A stretch of DNA of 64,000 nt, taken from positions 832,001 to 896,000 of the forward strand of contig CP182352.1 in the NCBI GenBank assembly GCA_048571215.1, in the 5' to 3' direction. Both the position numbers and the translations under genes were made by a program. The notes below the pieces were generated by a model. That model made no database searches. It was not told the DNA's origin and worked only from the letters and a program-made list of their open reading frames with translations. How positions within the stretch are numbered: the stretch's first letter is position 1; every line of letters begins with the position of its first letter. Positions 40,178 to 50,070 of this stretch are shown here, piece after piece. Origin of the DNA: Halarcobacter sp. (lineage in GTDB: Bacteria > Campylobacterota > Campylobacteria > Campylobacterales > Arcobacteraceae).

Positions 40178-41426
40178 CTTCTAAAATAATCTTATTTCTT
40201 CCATCTTCTTTTGCTTGATATAAAAGCATATCAGCTTTTTGTATTGTATTATCATAGCAGTCATGGTTATTTCTTATTGCAACTCCTGCAGAAAAAGTTA
40301 CTTGTATCTTATTTGATTTATATACAAATTTATTATCATTTACAATTGCTTTTACTCTTTTAAGATATTTTAATAGTTCTCTTTTTAGATTAAAATGGAT
40401 TATTGCAACAAACTCTTCACCACCATATCTTCCAATGATATCTAACTCTCTAGTGCTTTTTGTTAATATTTTTGCAAAGGTTGATAAAACTATATCTCCA
40501 GCTTTATGTCCATAAGTATCATTTATATTTTTAAAGTGGTCTAAATCAAAAAAGACAATTGCATATTGTGTATCTGTTCTTTTATATTCATTATCTATTC
40601 TTTTTACAGCATCTTCATAAGCTCTTCTAGTCAAAACTCCCGTAAGGTGGTCTTTTAAGCTATTTTCTTTTGTTTTATCTAATTCTTCTTCAAGTTTTTT
40701 TATTTTTTGTTCTAGGGTTTCAACTTCAGATTTTCCATCATGTAGCTGTTTACCAACATTTGACATCTCATTTTCTATTGATAATGCTGCATCTATAAGT
40801 CTACTTTGTAAGTTTGTTAGTTCATCTAAGCCATTTTTACTTATGCTGATAGATTCTATTTGGGATTTTATATCTGAGACATTTTGTGAACCCTCACCAC
40901 TACTATGTATAGCGTCGCTAATACATTGTCCCATAAGTGTTAAAAGTTTTGCTACATCAGATGTTCTTTGTTTTACAACATTTCTATCTGCTTCAAATCT
41001 TTTATTTATAAACTCTTGCATCTCTTTTTGAATATCATCTTCAAAAAGTAAAGCAGGAGAATTACCAATTTTTACTGAAAACTTCTCTAAGTCCTTGTCT
41101 ATTTCTATACTAATTGATGGGGTGATAGATTCTTGGAAAAGTTGTGCTAAGTTATTTACATTGTCAGTTGCTATTCTATTTAATAAAATAGGTAGCATCT
41201 CATCCATTGTTGTAATATTTTTTGTTTTGATTTCAAGTTGTTCTTTCTCATTTAACTCTTGAACTAGCTGTTTAAATTGTTCACATTCATCAACACTAAG
41301 ATTGTAGATTTTTGATACCTTACAAAACTCTTTTTGATATGCAACAGGGGTAGCAGCTATATCTTGTTTATGTAGATTGCTTATAGTCTCTTTTTCTACT
41401 TTACTAACAACTTCTTTATCCATCAT
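40161..41426 (-). CDS. Cytoplasmic diguanylate cyclase
   Basis: DLDHFKNINDTYGH, RELD I-site, GGEEF. Confidence 0.92.
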   Translation of the reverse strand: MMDKEVVSKVEKETISNLHKQDIAATPVAYQKEFCKVSKIYNLSVDECEQFKQLVQELNEKEQLEIKTKNITTMDEMLPILLNRIATDNVNNLAQLFQESITPSISIEIDKDLEKFSVKIGNSPALLFEDDIQKEMQEFINKRFEADRNVVKQRTSDVAKLLTLMGQCISDAIHSSGEGSQNVSDIKSQIESISISKNGLDELTNLQSRLIDAALSIENEMSNVGKQLHDGKSEVETLEQKIKKLEEELDKTKENSLKDHLTGVLTRRAYEDAVKRIDNEYKRTDTQYAIVFFDLDHFKNINDTYGHKAGDIVLSTFAKILTKSTRELDIIGRYGGEEFVAIIHFNLKRELLKYLKRVKAIVNDNKFVYKSNKIQVTFSAGVAIRNNHDCYDNTIQKADMLLYQAKEDGRNKIILEDGTVI

Positions 41427-41434
41427 ATTTCCTA

Positions 41435-41878
41435 CTATCCTAAAAGTTTTTTTGTCATTTCATTGATTCTTTTTCCATCAGCAAGTCCTGCAAACTTTTT
41501 TGTAGCTTGCCCCATAACTTTACCTATATCTTTCATTGATGTCGCATTTACTTGTGCTATAATCTCTTTCATGCCAAGCTCAAGCTCTTCATTGCTTAAT
41601 TGTTTTGGTAAATACTCTTTAAATACATCAATTTGCTCTTGCTCTTTTTGAACTAAATCATCTCTTGAAGCTGCACTATATTGTTCAACTGCTTCTTCTC
41701 TTTGTTTAATCCCTTTTTGGATAAGTTTTACAATATCTATATCCTCTAGTTCTTTTCTTTCATCTACTTCAATTTGCTTAATCATAGTATTAATAGCTCT
41801 AATAGAGTCTCTTTTTACTACATTTTTTTCTCTCATTGCGGTTTTCAAATCACTTTTTAATTGCTCTTTTAGACTCAT
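41435..41878 (-). CDS. GatB/YqeY domain protein
   Basis: DLKTAMR, KQREE, YLPKQLS, KDIGKVMG. Confidence 0.92.
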   Translation of the reverse strand: MSLKEQLKSDLKTAMREKNVVKRDSIRAINTMIKQIEVDERKELEDIDIVKLIQKGIKQREEAVEQYSAASRDDLVQKEQEQIDVFKEYLPKQLSNEELELGMKEIIAQVNATSMKDIGKVMGQATKKFAGLADGKRINEMTKKLLG

Positions 41879-41920
41879 AAATATCCTTCTCTTTTATCAA
41901 ACTGTAAAAATTATAACTAA

Positions 41921-43867
41921 TTAAGAGTTAAAGCTTTCTATTAACTCTTCTAGTTCTAAAAATCTCTCAACTTTTGTTTCATATACTTCTTTTATTTTAT
42001 CAAGTTCTTGTGAAACAGCTACTATCCCTTTTTGTTCATAACAAGCTGGATTTGACAAACACTCATTTATTTGTTCTATTTGTTCTTCTAGCTTTTCTAT
42101 CTCATCAGGTAACATATCATATTCTCTTTGGTCTTTATATGAAAGTTTTGTTTGTTTTTTTTCACTTATTTGAGTTTTTACCTCTTGTTGTTTTGATGAT
42201 TCGTATTCCATCTGCTCAAGCTCTTTTAACTCTTTTTCTATCTCTAAATATTCTGTATAGGGTTGAAAACTCTCTTCAACTTTACCATTACCTTTAAATA
42301 CAAATAGTTTTTTTGCGATTTTATCTACAAAATATCTATCGTGTGATACAAATACAAGTGCACCTTGAAAATTTTGTAAATACTCTTCTAAAATATTAAT
42401 AGTAGGAATATCCAAGTCATTTGTAGGCTCATCAAGTATCAAACAATCAACTTTTTTGGTAAATAATAAGGCTAGGGCAACCCTGTTTTTTTCTCCTCCA
42501 CTTAGCAGACCTATTTTTTTATCTAGGTATTCCCTTGGAAAAAGGAAGTTTTTGAGGTAACCAAATACATGCATATTTCTTCCATCATCAAGTTCAACTC
42601 TATCTCCCCCATTTGGACAAAAAGTTTCCATTAGATTTTTGGAGTCATCTAACATCTCTCTTTGTTGGTCAAAATAACCTATATTGAAATCACCTTTTTT
42701 AAATCTTCCTTTATCTATATGAAGTTTTTCCATAAAGATTTTAAGCATTGTAGATTTACCACTACCATTTGGTCCCACTATTGCTATAGTGTCTTTTTGT
42801 AAAATTCTTGTGGTAAAGTCTTTTATAAGCTCTTTATTTCCCAAACTCATATAAACATTGTCTAGTTCGTAAAGCATCTTTTTTTTATTTTTTTGTTTCT
42901 CTTCATTGTTGAAAGCTTTTTGTTCCCTTTGTAGTTCTAAACTCATCTTTCTAATTACAGCTGGATTTGATTTTGCTTGTTTCTTTAAATCAAAGTATTC
43001 TGACTTTCTTCTTTCATTTCTTTTTCTTCTTGCAGTTACACCTCTTTGCATCCAATGAGCTTCTCTTTTTACAAGTCTTATAAGATTTTCATGGTCCTTT
43101 TGCATATTTTCTAAAAGCTGTTGTTTTTGTTCTAGATATGAAGAGTATCCACCATTAAACTTTCGCAACTCACCACCATCTATTTCTACAACACTAGTGG
43201 CAATATTATCTATAAAATATCTATCATGTGAAATAAAAAGTAGGGTGAAATTGTTTTTTTGAAGTAAAGATTCCAAAAACTCAACCATATATACATCAAG
43301 GTGGTTTGTAGGTTCATCTAAAAGTAAAATATCAGGTTTTTTTAGAAGTAGTCCAGCTAAACTAACCCTTCTTTGTTCTCCACCACTTAAGAGGTTTACA
43401 TCTTTGTTTTCATACTCTTTAAGTCTAAACTCTTTTAATACTCTTTCAATCATATTATCCAAGTCCCAAGCATCGTGAAAGTCGATGAAAGTAGCTAGTT
43501 GACTTTGTCTTTTCAATAACTCTTGATTTTCATAATCTTTTGCTAAATCATTTGTTATTTTATCGTATTCAAGTTTTGCCTCTTTTAATTCTGCAAGTTG
43601 ATTTTCTATTGCTTCTTTAACTGTAAGGTTAGTTTTGAATTTTGGTTGTTGGTCTAACATCTCTATTTTTATAGATTTGTCAATAGCCATTATTCCACTA
43701 TCAGGTTCAACTAAACCCATTATTAATTTAAATAAAGTAGATTTACCTTGACCATTTTGTCCAATAACTGCTATTTTTTGACCTTGAAGAAGTGTAAAGT
43801 TTACATCTTTTAATAAAATTTTTGTATCGTATTGTTTAGAGATGTTTTGTAAGTCTATTAATGCCAT
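41921..43867 (-). CDS. ABC-F family ATPase (Uup-like)
   Basis: Two NBDs (LSGGE, DEPTNHLD/DEPTNDLD), no TM, C-terminal KLSYK coiled coil. Confidence 0.9.
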   Translation of the reverse strand: MALIDLQNISKQYDTKILLKDVNFTLLQGQKIAVIGQNGQGKSTLFKLIMGLVEPDSGIMAIDKSIKIEMLDQQPKFKTNLTVKEAIENQLAELKEAKLEYDKITNDLAKDYENQELLKRQSQLATFIDFHDAWDLDNMIERVLKEFRLKEYENKDVNLLSGGEQRRVSLAGLLLKKPDILLLDEPTNHLDVYMVEFLESLLQKNNFTLLFISHDRYFIDNIATSVVEIDGGELRKFNGGYSSYLEQKQQLLENMQKDHENLIRLVKREAHWMQRGVTARRKRNERRKSEYFDLKKQAKSNPAVIRKMSLELQREQKAFNNEEKQKNKKKMLYELDNVYMSLGNKELIKDFTTRILQKDTIAIVGPNGSGKSTMLKIFMEKLHIDKGRFKKGDFNIGYFDQQREMLDDSKNLMETFCPNGGDRVELDDGRNMHVFGYLKNFLFPREYLDKKIGLLSGGEKNRVALALLFTKKVDCLILDEPTNDLDIPTINILEEYLQNFQGALVFVSHDRYFVDKIAKKLFVFKGNGKVEESFQPYTEYLEIEKELKELEQMEYESSKQQEVKTQISEKKQTKLSYKDQREYDMLPDEIEKLEEQIEQINECLSNPACYEQKGIVAVSQELDKIKEVYETKVERFLELEELIESFNS

Positions 43868-44047
43868 AAAAACCTTATTTTGTTTAATTATCTAATACTT
43901 ATTATAACATATAAACTCTTAGAGGATAATCTTAATAACTTTATTACTTATTTATAATTAATTTGTAACTAATTGCAATTAAATAACAAATTTATAGAAA
44001 AATTAATAAAAACTTAACTCCATCTTAGTTAATATTATTAATTAGGA

Positions 44048-46603
44048 GTGAAAATGAGAGTTTTATTATTTATATTATTATTTGCAACATTTGTTTTTGC
44101 AGAAATTGCAAAAATTTCAACTATAGTTGGTGATGCAATGATACAAAGGGGAACTAAAGAGTTTAAGGTGAATTTGGGGACACTTTTAGAAAAAAATGAC
44201 ATAATTACAACAAAAAGCAATTCCAAGCTTCAAATTATATTTAATGATAATACAATTGTTACAGTTGGAAAAAGTTCTAAGTTTAATATAAATGATTATA
44301 TCTTTGATGAAAAAACACCACAAAATTCTAAAACAGATTTTCAACTTTTAAAGGGTACTTTTAGAGTAATCACGGGAAAAATTGGAAAAATTAATAGGGA
44401 TAAATTTAAATTAAAAGTTAAAAGTGCAACTATTGGTATTCGTGGTACAAACTTTATTGTACGATTGGAACGACAAGGTTTTTATGTAACAGTTACGGAT
44501 GGTGGGGTTTATATTACTCATCCAGATGCACCAGGTGAAAAAGTTTTAGTAGATAAAAATGAAACAGCTAAAGTTGTTGATGGAAAAATAGAAGTTTATA
44601 AAATAACTATAAAAGAAAAAAAAGATGAAGAGTCATCATTAGAGATAGAAGATGAAGATTCAAATTATGAAGATAGTTCTATTAAAGATTTATCTGATGA
44701 AAATGTTAACAAGAATATATCAACAACTAACACTACAAATAGTAGTGAAAAATCAACAATTGATACAGCTACAGATGTAACTGAAGAAACTGATAAAGAG
44801 ATTAATGCAAGTTCAAATATAAGTTTAAATGGAAAAATACTTGGTGCTTATATTGATGATTCATTGAGTGAACAACGAGCTTTTATTAGAAAAGAACAAG
44901 GTAATGCACTTAAAGCTACTAGAGTTAATGATAAACTTACAATTGATGATAAGATATCAAAAAAATATGAACAAAGTAATAGTAATCATATAGTAAACTT
45001 TACTGGAAATAGTTCAAATGCTGAACCATATGATACAGATAATTATACAGGAAGCTTAAGTGTAGGAACTTTCCCATTATCATATGAATATGAAAGTTAC
45101 TTAGGAAATAGTCAGTCAGTTAATAGTGAATATAATCTTCAAGCAGATAACTTAGGTGAATTTTTTATAGCGTATAAAGATAATGGAGGTTTTAAAGAGT
45201 TGTTTGTAGTTGGAAAAGATTCAACAACATCATCTTTTGATACTTCAAAAATATATTCTTATGATTCTTTTTCAGAGATAAAAGTTATAAAAGATAGTAA
45301 CTATAATATTAACTCTGTGGATATTATTTCAGATAAAACTGGAACACAATATTATAATCCATTGTATGATTCTTTTACTAATTTAAATTATAATTTTTAT
45401 GAAAAAGGTGCACAAGAGTTTACTTTTGGAGATAGCAATTCTGCCAATACTTATAGGAATAAATACATATATAGTACTTCAAGTGTATCAGGTAGTCAAA
45501 TTTTTTTAACTAATAAAGCTAGAATAGAAACAGCATCTTCAACAGCTGATATTTCTATTAAAGGTTCTAAATCACAAGGTTTGATGTATAGTATATCTAC
45601 AAATAATAGAGATACAAATTATTCTACAAATTCAACATCAACATCAACGATAGAGACTCTAGGGGGTTCTTATTTAGATAACAATGATTCTGTAACTGCA
45701 AACAATAGTACTACAAACTTACAATATAGTGGTTATTTAGTTGGGGAGATACATGGCAAAGATAATAAAAGAGAAACAAGTAATAACTTACAATTAAATA
45801 TAGAAAAAAATAGCACAGATAAAACTGTTAATATTTCAGCTAGTGGAACAATACTTGGTAATAGTGGTGTAGATTTAGCATTAGAGGGGAATTTAGGTAA
45901 TAAATCTGCATATTATATAAATGATGATTTATTTGGTGTAATGGGAAGTGAATCTATTTATAAGATTAGTTCTACTGATTATAACTCAGTAGATAATAGT
46001 GCTTATTTACTTGCAGTTCCAGATGGAGGATTTGATCTCAATGACAATCCACTTATGCTTGATGATGAGAGTTCCTGGGGATATTGGACTGCTAAGTTTG
46101 ATGATTCAAATGGAGGAGATATAACTTTTGTTGATACAAGTTCAACTTGGGTTGCTGGTGTTGAAACAGCTAGTTCTATAGTTGATAGTACTATGTTAAA
46201 TATTCCAGGAACATATGACTATAAAGGTCATGTTTTAGGAAATGTATTAACAGCTTCTGGAAATATAGGAAATATTATATATGGTAAATATAATGGGCTA
46301 GCATATACAAATAAAGTCAATTTAAGATTTGATATTGGTTCAGCAGTTAAAAATCTTACTGGTAATATAGAATTTTCATCAACAAACTCTAACTCAATTG
46401 TAAGTCAATGGAATTTAAGCTTAACTGGTACAAATATAGAAAATAGTAAATTTGGTGGAACTATATCAGGAAATGGTGGAACAGGGAGCTTTGAAGGTAA
46501 ATATTATGGTACATCAAGTGTAAAAAGTGTTGGTGGAACCTTTAACGCAACAAACTCATTAGGAGATAATGCTCTAGGAGTATTTAAGGCAGTAAAACAA
46601 TGA
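44048..46603 (+). CDS. Secreted FecR-domain protein with acidic linker and beta-rich C-terminus ending in a TbpB-like barrel motif
   Basis: Signal peptide without Cys; F.D.T..TVG, G.FRVITG, ATIGIRGT; C-terminal FEGKYYG...VGGTF...GVFKA. Confidence 0.75.
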   Translation: MKMRVLLFILLFATFVFAEIAKISTIVGDAMIQRGTKEFKVNLGTLLEKNDIITTKSNSKLQIIFNDNTIVTVGKSSKFNINDYIFDEKTPQNSKTDFQLLKGTFRVITGKIGKINRDKFKLKVKSATIGIRGTNFIVRLERQGFYVTVTDGGVYITHPDAPGEKVLVDKNETAKVVDGKIEVYKITIKEKKDEESSLEIEDEDSNYEDSSIKDLSDENVNKNISTTNTTNSSEKSTIDTATDVTEETDKEINASSNISLNGKILGAYIDDSLSEQRAFIRKEQGNALKATRVNDKLTIDDKISKKYEQSNSNHIVNFTGNSSNAEPYDTDNYTGSLSVGTFPLSYEYESYLGNSQSVNSEYNLQADNLGEFFIAYKDNGGFKELFVVGKDSTTSSFDTSKIYSYDSFSEIKVIKDSNYNINSVDIISDKTGTQYYNPLYDSFTNLNYNFYEKGAQEFTFGDSNSANTYRNKYIYSTSSVSGSQIFLTNKARIETASSTADISIKGSKSQGLMYSISTNNRDTNYSTNSTSTSTIETLGGSYLDNNDSVTANNSTTNLQYSGYLVGEIHGKDNKRETSNNLQLNIEKNSTDKTVNISASGTILGNSGVDLALEGNLGNKSAYYINDDLFGVMGSESIYKISSTDYNSVDNSAYLLAVPDGGFDLNDNPLMLDDESSWGYWTAKFDDSNGGDITFVDTSSTWVAGVETASSIVDSTMLNIPGTYDYKGHVLGNVLTASGNIGNIIYGKYNGLAYTNKVNLRFDIGSAVKNLTGNIEFSSTNSNSIVSQWNLSLTGTNIENSKFGGTISGNGGTGSFEGKYYGTSSVKSVGGTFNATNSLGDNALGVFKAVKQ

Positions 46604-47892
46604 AAAAAATAACAACAAGTTTATTATTAGCAACAACTTTATGCTTTTCAAGTGTAAGTTATGATGAGTCATTGAACTATTTTAAAAATAAAGAATATAA
46701 AAAATCTTTTGAAGGTTTTAACGAGCTTTTTAATAAAAATAGTGATGATACTCTTATCAATTTTTATTTAGGTAGAAGTGCTTTTGAATTAGGACTTTAT
46801 GAAATTGCCTTAAGTGCATATGATAGAGTTTTGATAAAAGAACCTGAAAATATTAGGGTTAGATTAGAAATAGCTCATACTAATATGAAATTAGGAAATT
46901 ATGATGAATCTATAAAAGAGTTCGAATTGGCTTTAAAATCTAATATGCCAAATCAAGTAAGAAATAGAGTTCTTCAAAATATTGAATTTATGAAACAAAA
47001 ACAACAAAAACATTTTTTTAATGTTACTACAATGTTTGGTATAATGTATGATTCAAATATAGATATAACTCCAGATGCCAACTCTTTTGATATTTATGTT
47101 CCAGCATTAAATACAACAGTTACTTTAAATAATACGAATAAAAAAGGTTCAACAATTTATCAAATGCTTGGAGCATTTAGCTATAAATATAAGTTTAATG
47201 ATAATTGGATTTTAGATAATAATTTAACTGCTTTACAAATGAAATATATAAACCATAAAGATAAAGATTTAGGTGTTATTTCTACTAGTGTTATCCCTTC
47301 TTATTATGCAAATAAATATAAAGTTGGTCTAGGATTTTTGTTTGATAAAGTACTTTTAGGTCATAAAACTTATCAAAATAATTATTACTTTAATCCTACA
47401 TACACTAGAGTTTTAGATGAAAGCATTTTGTATGAAACAGGTATAAAATATGGAAGAATAAATTATAAACAAGATGATACTAGAAGTTCAAATCTTTTAA
47501 GTATAACTAATAATATTAAATACCAAACACAAGATTATGGTTTATTTAGCTTTGATTTAAATTTAGGAAAAGAATATAAGGTAAAAAGTGGTAGAACAGA
47601 TGTTGAGTACAAGTTTGTAGAAACAGGTATTTCAAACTCTTATGATTTGATAAATGCATATACTTTAACAAGCTCTTTTAAGTATAAAAAAAGTATGTAT
47701 GAAGATACAGATATAAACTTTTTAAGCAAAAGAGATGATGATAAAATTGATTTATCATTAGGGGTTCAAAAAGCATTAAATAAAAATATGTTTATTAATT
47801 TTGGTGGAACATTTACTGATAATAACTCAAATCATGCTACATCTGACTATGATAAATATACTATAAAAACAAATCTATTTTATAGCTTTTAA
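46600..47892 (+). CDS. TPR + beta-barrel outer membrane protein (Slam/DUF560-like)
   Basis: Signal peptide; INFYLGRSA, AYDRVL, RVRLEIA TPRs; YDSN at barrel start; terminal YSF. Confidence 0.75.
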   Translation: MKKITTSLLLATTLCFSSVSYDESLNYFKNKEYKKSFEGFNELFNKNSDDTLINFYLGRSAFELGLYEIALSAYDRVLIKEPENIRVRLEIAHTNMKLGNYDESIKEFELALKSNMPNQVRNRVLQNIEFMKQKQQKHFFNVTTMFGIMYDSNIDITPDANSFDIYVPALNTTVTLNNTNKKGSTIYQMLGAFSYKYKFNDNWILDNNLTALQMKYINHKDKDLGVISTSVIPSYYANKYKVGLGFLFDKVLLGHKTYQNNYYFNPTYTRVLDESILYETGIKYGRINYKQDDTRSSNLLSITNNIKYQTQDYGLFSFDLNLGKEYKVKSGRTDVEYKFVETGISNSYDLINAYTLTSSFKYKKSMYEDTDINFLSKRDDDKIDLSLGVQKALNKNMFINFGGTFTDNNSNHATSDYDKYTIKTNLFYSF

Positions 47893-47898
47893 TAAAAT

Positions 47899-50070
47899 TT
47901 AGCTTTTAGTATTGTGTTCATAAACCCCATCAAAATCTTTTGGTGGGGTAGAGATATACTCTTTACATCTATTGATATAAATCTTGTATATATTTTTATT
48001 TGTTTTATCTTTTAGGTTTTCAAGTTCTTCAAAAATCTTTAAAGACTCTTTAAAATTTGATATTTTATAAAGTTCTATTGCCTTATGGTGAAGTTCAAGC
48101 TCCTCTTTTAGTTTTTGTGATGGTTTACCAAAATCTACAACTTGCCAGATCTCAACTGGTTCTTTTTTACCCTTTACTCTTACTAAATCTAAAAACCTAA
48201 AAATATATTCACCACTTAATTTATCTTTTGTAAAATGTGAAATATTTAGTCTTGAATCATAATATTTACAAAGGGATTCTAGTCTTGCACCTAAATTAAT
48301 AGCATCACCTATTACTGTATAGTCACTTCTACCAATACTACCCATCTCCCCAACAATAGCAACACCAGTATTTAACCCAATGCCAATATCTATAAAAGGT
48401 TTATTCTCTTTTTGATAAGTTTCATTTAATGAATCTAATTCTTTAATTTGTATTAACGATGCACTAACAGCTTTATCTGCATGATCTTTTACCTTTATAG
48501 GAGCATTCCAGTAGGCCATAATAGCATCTCCAATGTATTTATCAATTGTTCCTTCATATTTAGTTATTATATTACTCATTGGTTCCATATATTGATTTAA
48601 ATAGCTTATTAGTTTTTTTGCATCTCCCATTTGTTCAGAGATATTTGTAAAGCCTCTCACATCACTAAAAAATACTGTTACTTCTTTTTCCATAGCTTGA
48701 AATTCATTACTATCAATATTTTTTAATAGATTATCCATAACATCTTTTGATACCTTTGAAGCAAATTTTTTCTTAATAGCCTCTTCTTTTTTTATTTCAT
48801 AAAAGTAATCCATAAGTGTTACTACTGTTGAAGATAACAATATAGAAAGAAGTGGGAAGAAGATATTAAGTATTATGCCATAGGTAAATAATATCTTATA
48901 TAACAATATTATTACTGCAGATAATAAGCTTAATGTAATTATTGGGTTAAGCCAAAAAGGTGAATAGGTGATTAATAATATAGTTAGTATTGAAAGTGCA
49001 AAAATCAATATTAAGTTAATTGCATCATTTGAAGAGTTTTTTGATATAAAATCTCCTTGAATTATATTATCAATAACATTTGCATGTATTTCAACACCAG
49101 GATAAGCCGATTGAAATGGTGTTGACCTTAAGTCCATAAGACCAGCGGCTGATGTACCTATAAGTGCAATTTTCCCATCTAATTCTTTTGGAGATATTTT
49201 ATCATTTAATATATCTTTTGCAGAGATATATTTAAAGTTTCGCTCTTTTCCTCTAAAGTTTACTAAAATTCTACCATGCCTATCTGTTGGTATGGTTATT
49301 TGATTTAAACTAATATTTTCTACACCATTTTCATTATAATTTATAATTACTTTTTGACTTTGTGTAATCACTCTTATAACCTCTAAAGATAAAGAGGGAT
49401 AAATACTATCATCATAAGATATGACTAAAGGAACACTTCTAATTACACCTGATTTATCAGGTACAGTATTAAAAAAACCACTACTATAAGAGTTGTCTTG
49501 AATCTCTGGTACATTAAGTATTGTACCCCTTGCATTTAGAAGATAATCTTTGCCTAAGTTTTTATTTTTTTCTATAAAAATTGCAGGTATTTGAGGTGCT
49601 TTTTTATTTATATATTCATTATTATTAAATTCAAAAACATAACCTAATATTGTTGGAGTATTTGCAACTGTTTTTCCCAAAAGTTTGTCATAATTTGGTG
49701 GATTTTCATATTTGATATTGTATTTTTTAAACACTCTGTGGGGAGAACTTTTATCAGGTTCTGCAAAAACCATATCAAATGCAATTAAACCAATCCCATT
49801 TAAAGTTAATTTTTCTAAAAGTTCGGCTACTTTTGTTCTTGACCAAGGCCATTGACCAATCTCTTTTAATGAAGATTCATCAATATCAATTATAATTACA
49901 GAATTAGAGTTTGGCAATTCCCCTCTAATATTAAAAAAATAATCTCTTAGTCTATTATCAAAAGAATCAGGTAATTGTGAATAGTTTATATATATAAAAG
50001 ATAAGGTAAAAGATAGAATTATACCTATACCTAGTGATATAAAAATTTTTTTTATTGTTCTTTTATTCAT
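47899..50070 (-). CDS. CHASE2-domain class III adenylate cyclase
   Basis: IDIDE.S...GQWPW.R, D.VF.EP, GVEIHAN; TM helices; FSDVRGFT, DKYIGD, YTVIGDAINLGARLE. Confidence 0.92.
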   Translation of the reverse strand: MNKRTIKKIFISLGIGIILSFTLSFIYINYSQLPDSFDNRLRDYFFNIRGELPNSNSVIIIDIDESSLKEIGQWPWSRTKVAELLEKLTLNGIGLIAFDMVFAEPDKSSPHRVFKKYNIKYENPPNYDKLLGKTVANTPTILGYVFEFNNNEYINKKAPQIPAIFIEKNKNLGKDYLLNARGTILNVPEIQDNSYSSGFFNTVPDKSGVIRSVPLVISYDDSIYPSLSLEVIRVITQSQKVIINYNENGVENISLNQITIPTDRHGRILVNFRGKERNFKYISAKDILNDKISPKELDGKIALIGTSAAGLMDLRSTPFQSAYPGVEIHANVIDNIIQGDFISKNSSNDAINLILIFALSILTILLITYSPFWLNPIITLSLLSAVIILLYKILFTYGIILNIFFPLLSILLSSTVVTLMDYFYEIKKEEAIKKKFASKVSKDVMDNLLKNIDSNEFQAMEKEVTVFFSDVRGFTNISEQMGDAKKLISYLNQYMEPMSNIITKYEGTIDKYIGDAIMAYWNAPIKVKDHADKAVSASLIQIKELDSLNETYQKENKPFIDIGIGLNTGVAIVGEMGSIGRSDYTVIGDAINLGARLESLCKYYDSRLNISHFTKDKLSGEYIFRFLDLVRVKGKKEPVEIWQVVDFGKPSQKLKEELELHHKAIELYKISNFKESLKIFEELENLKDKTNKNIYKIYINRCKEYISTPPKDFDGVYEHNTKS

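Noticed and set aside
40161..41426. Diguanylate cyclase as part of the CHASE2/HD-GYP cluster
   Set aside because: It is separated by yqeY and the ABC-F gene and lies in a housekeeping run; proximity alone is insufficient.
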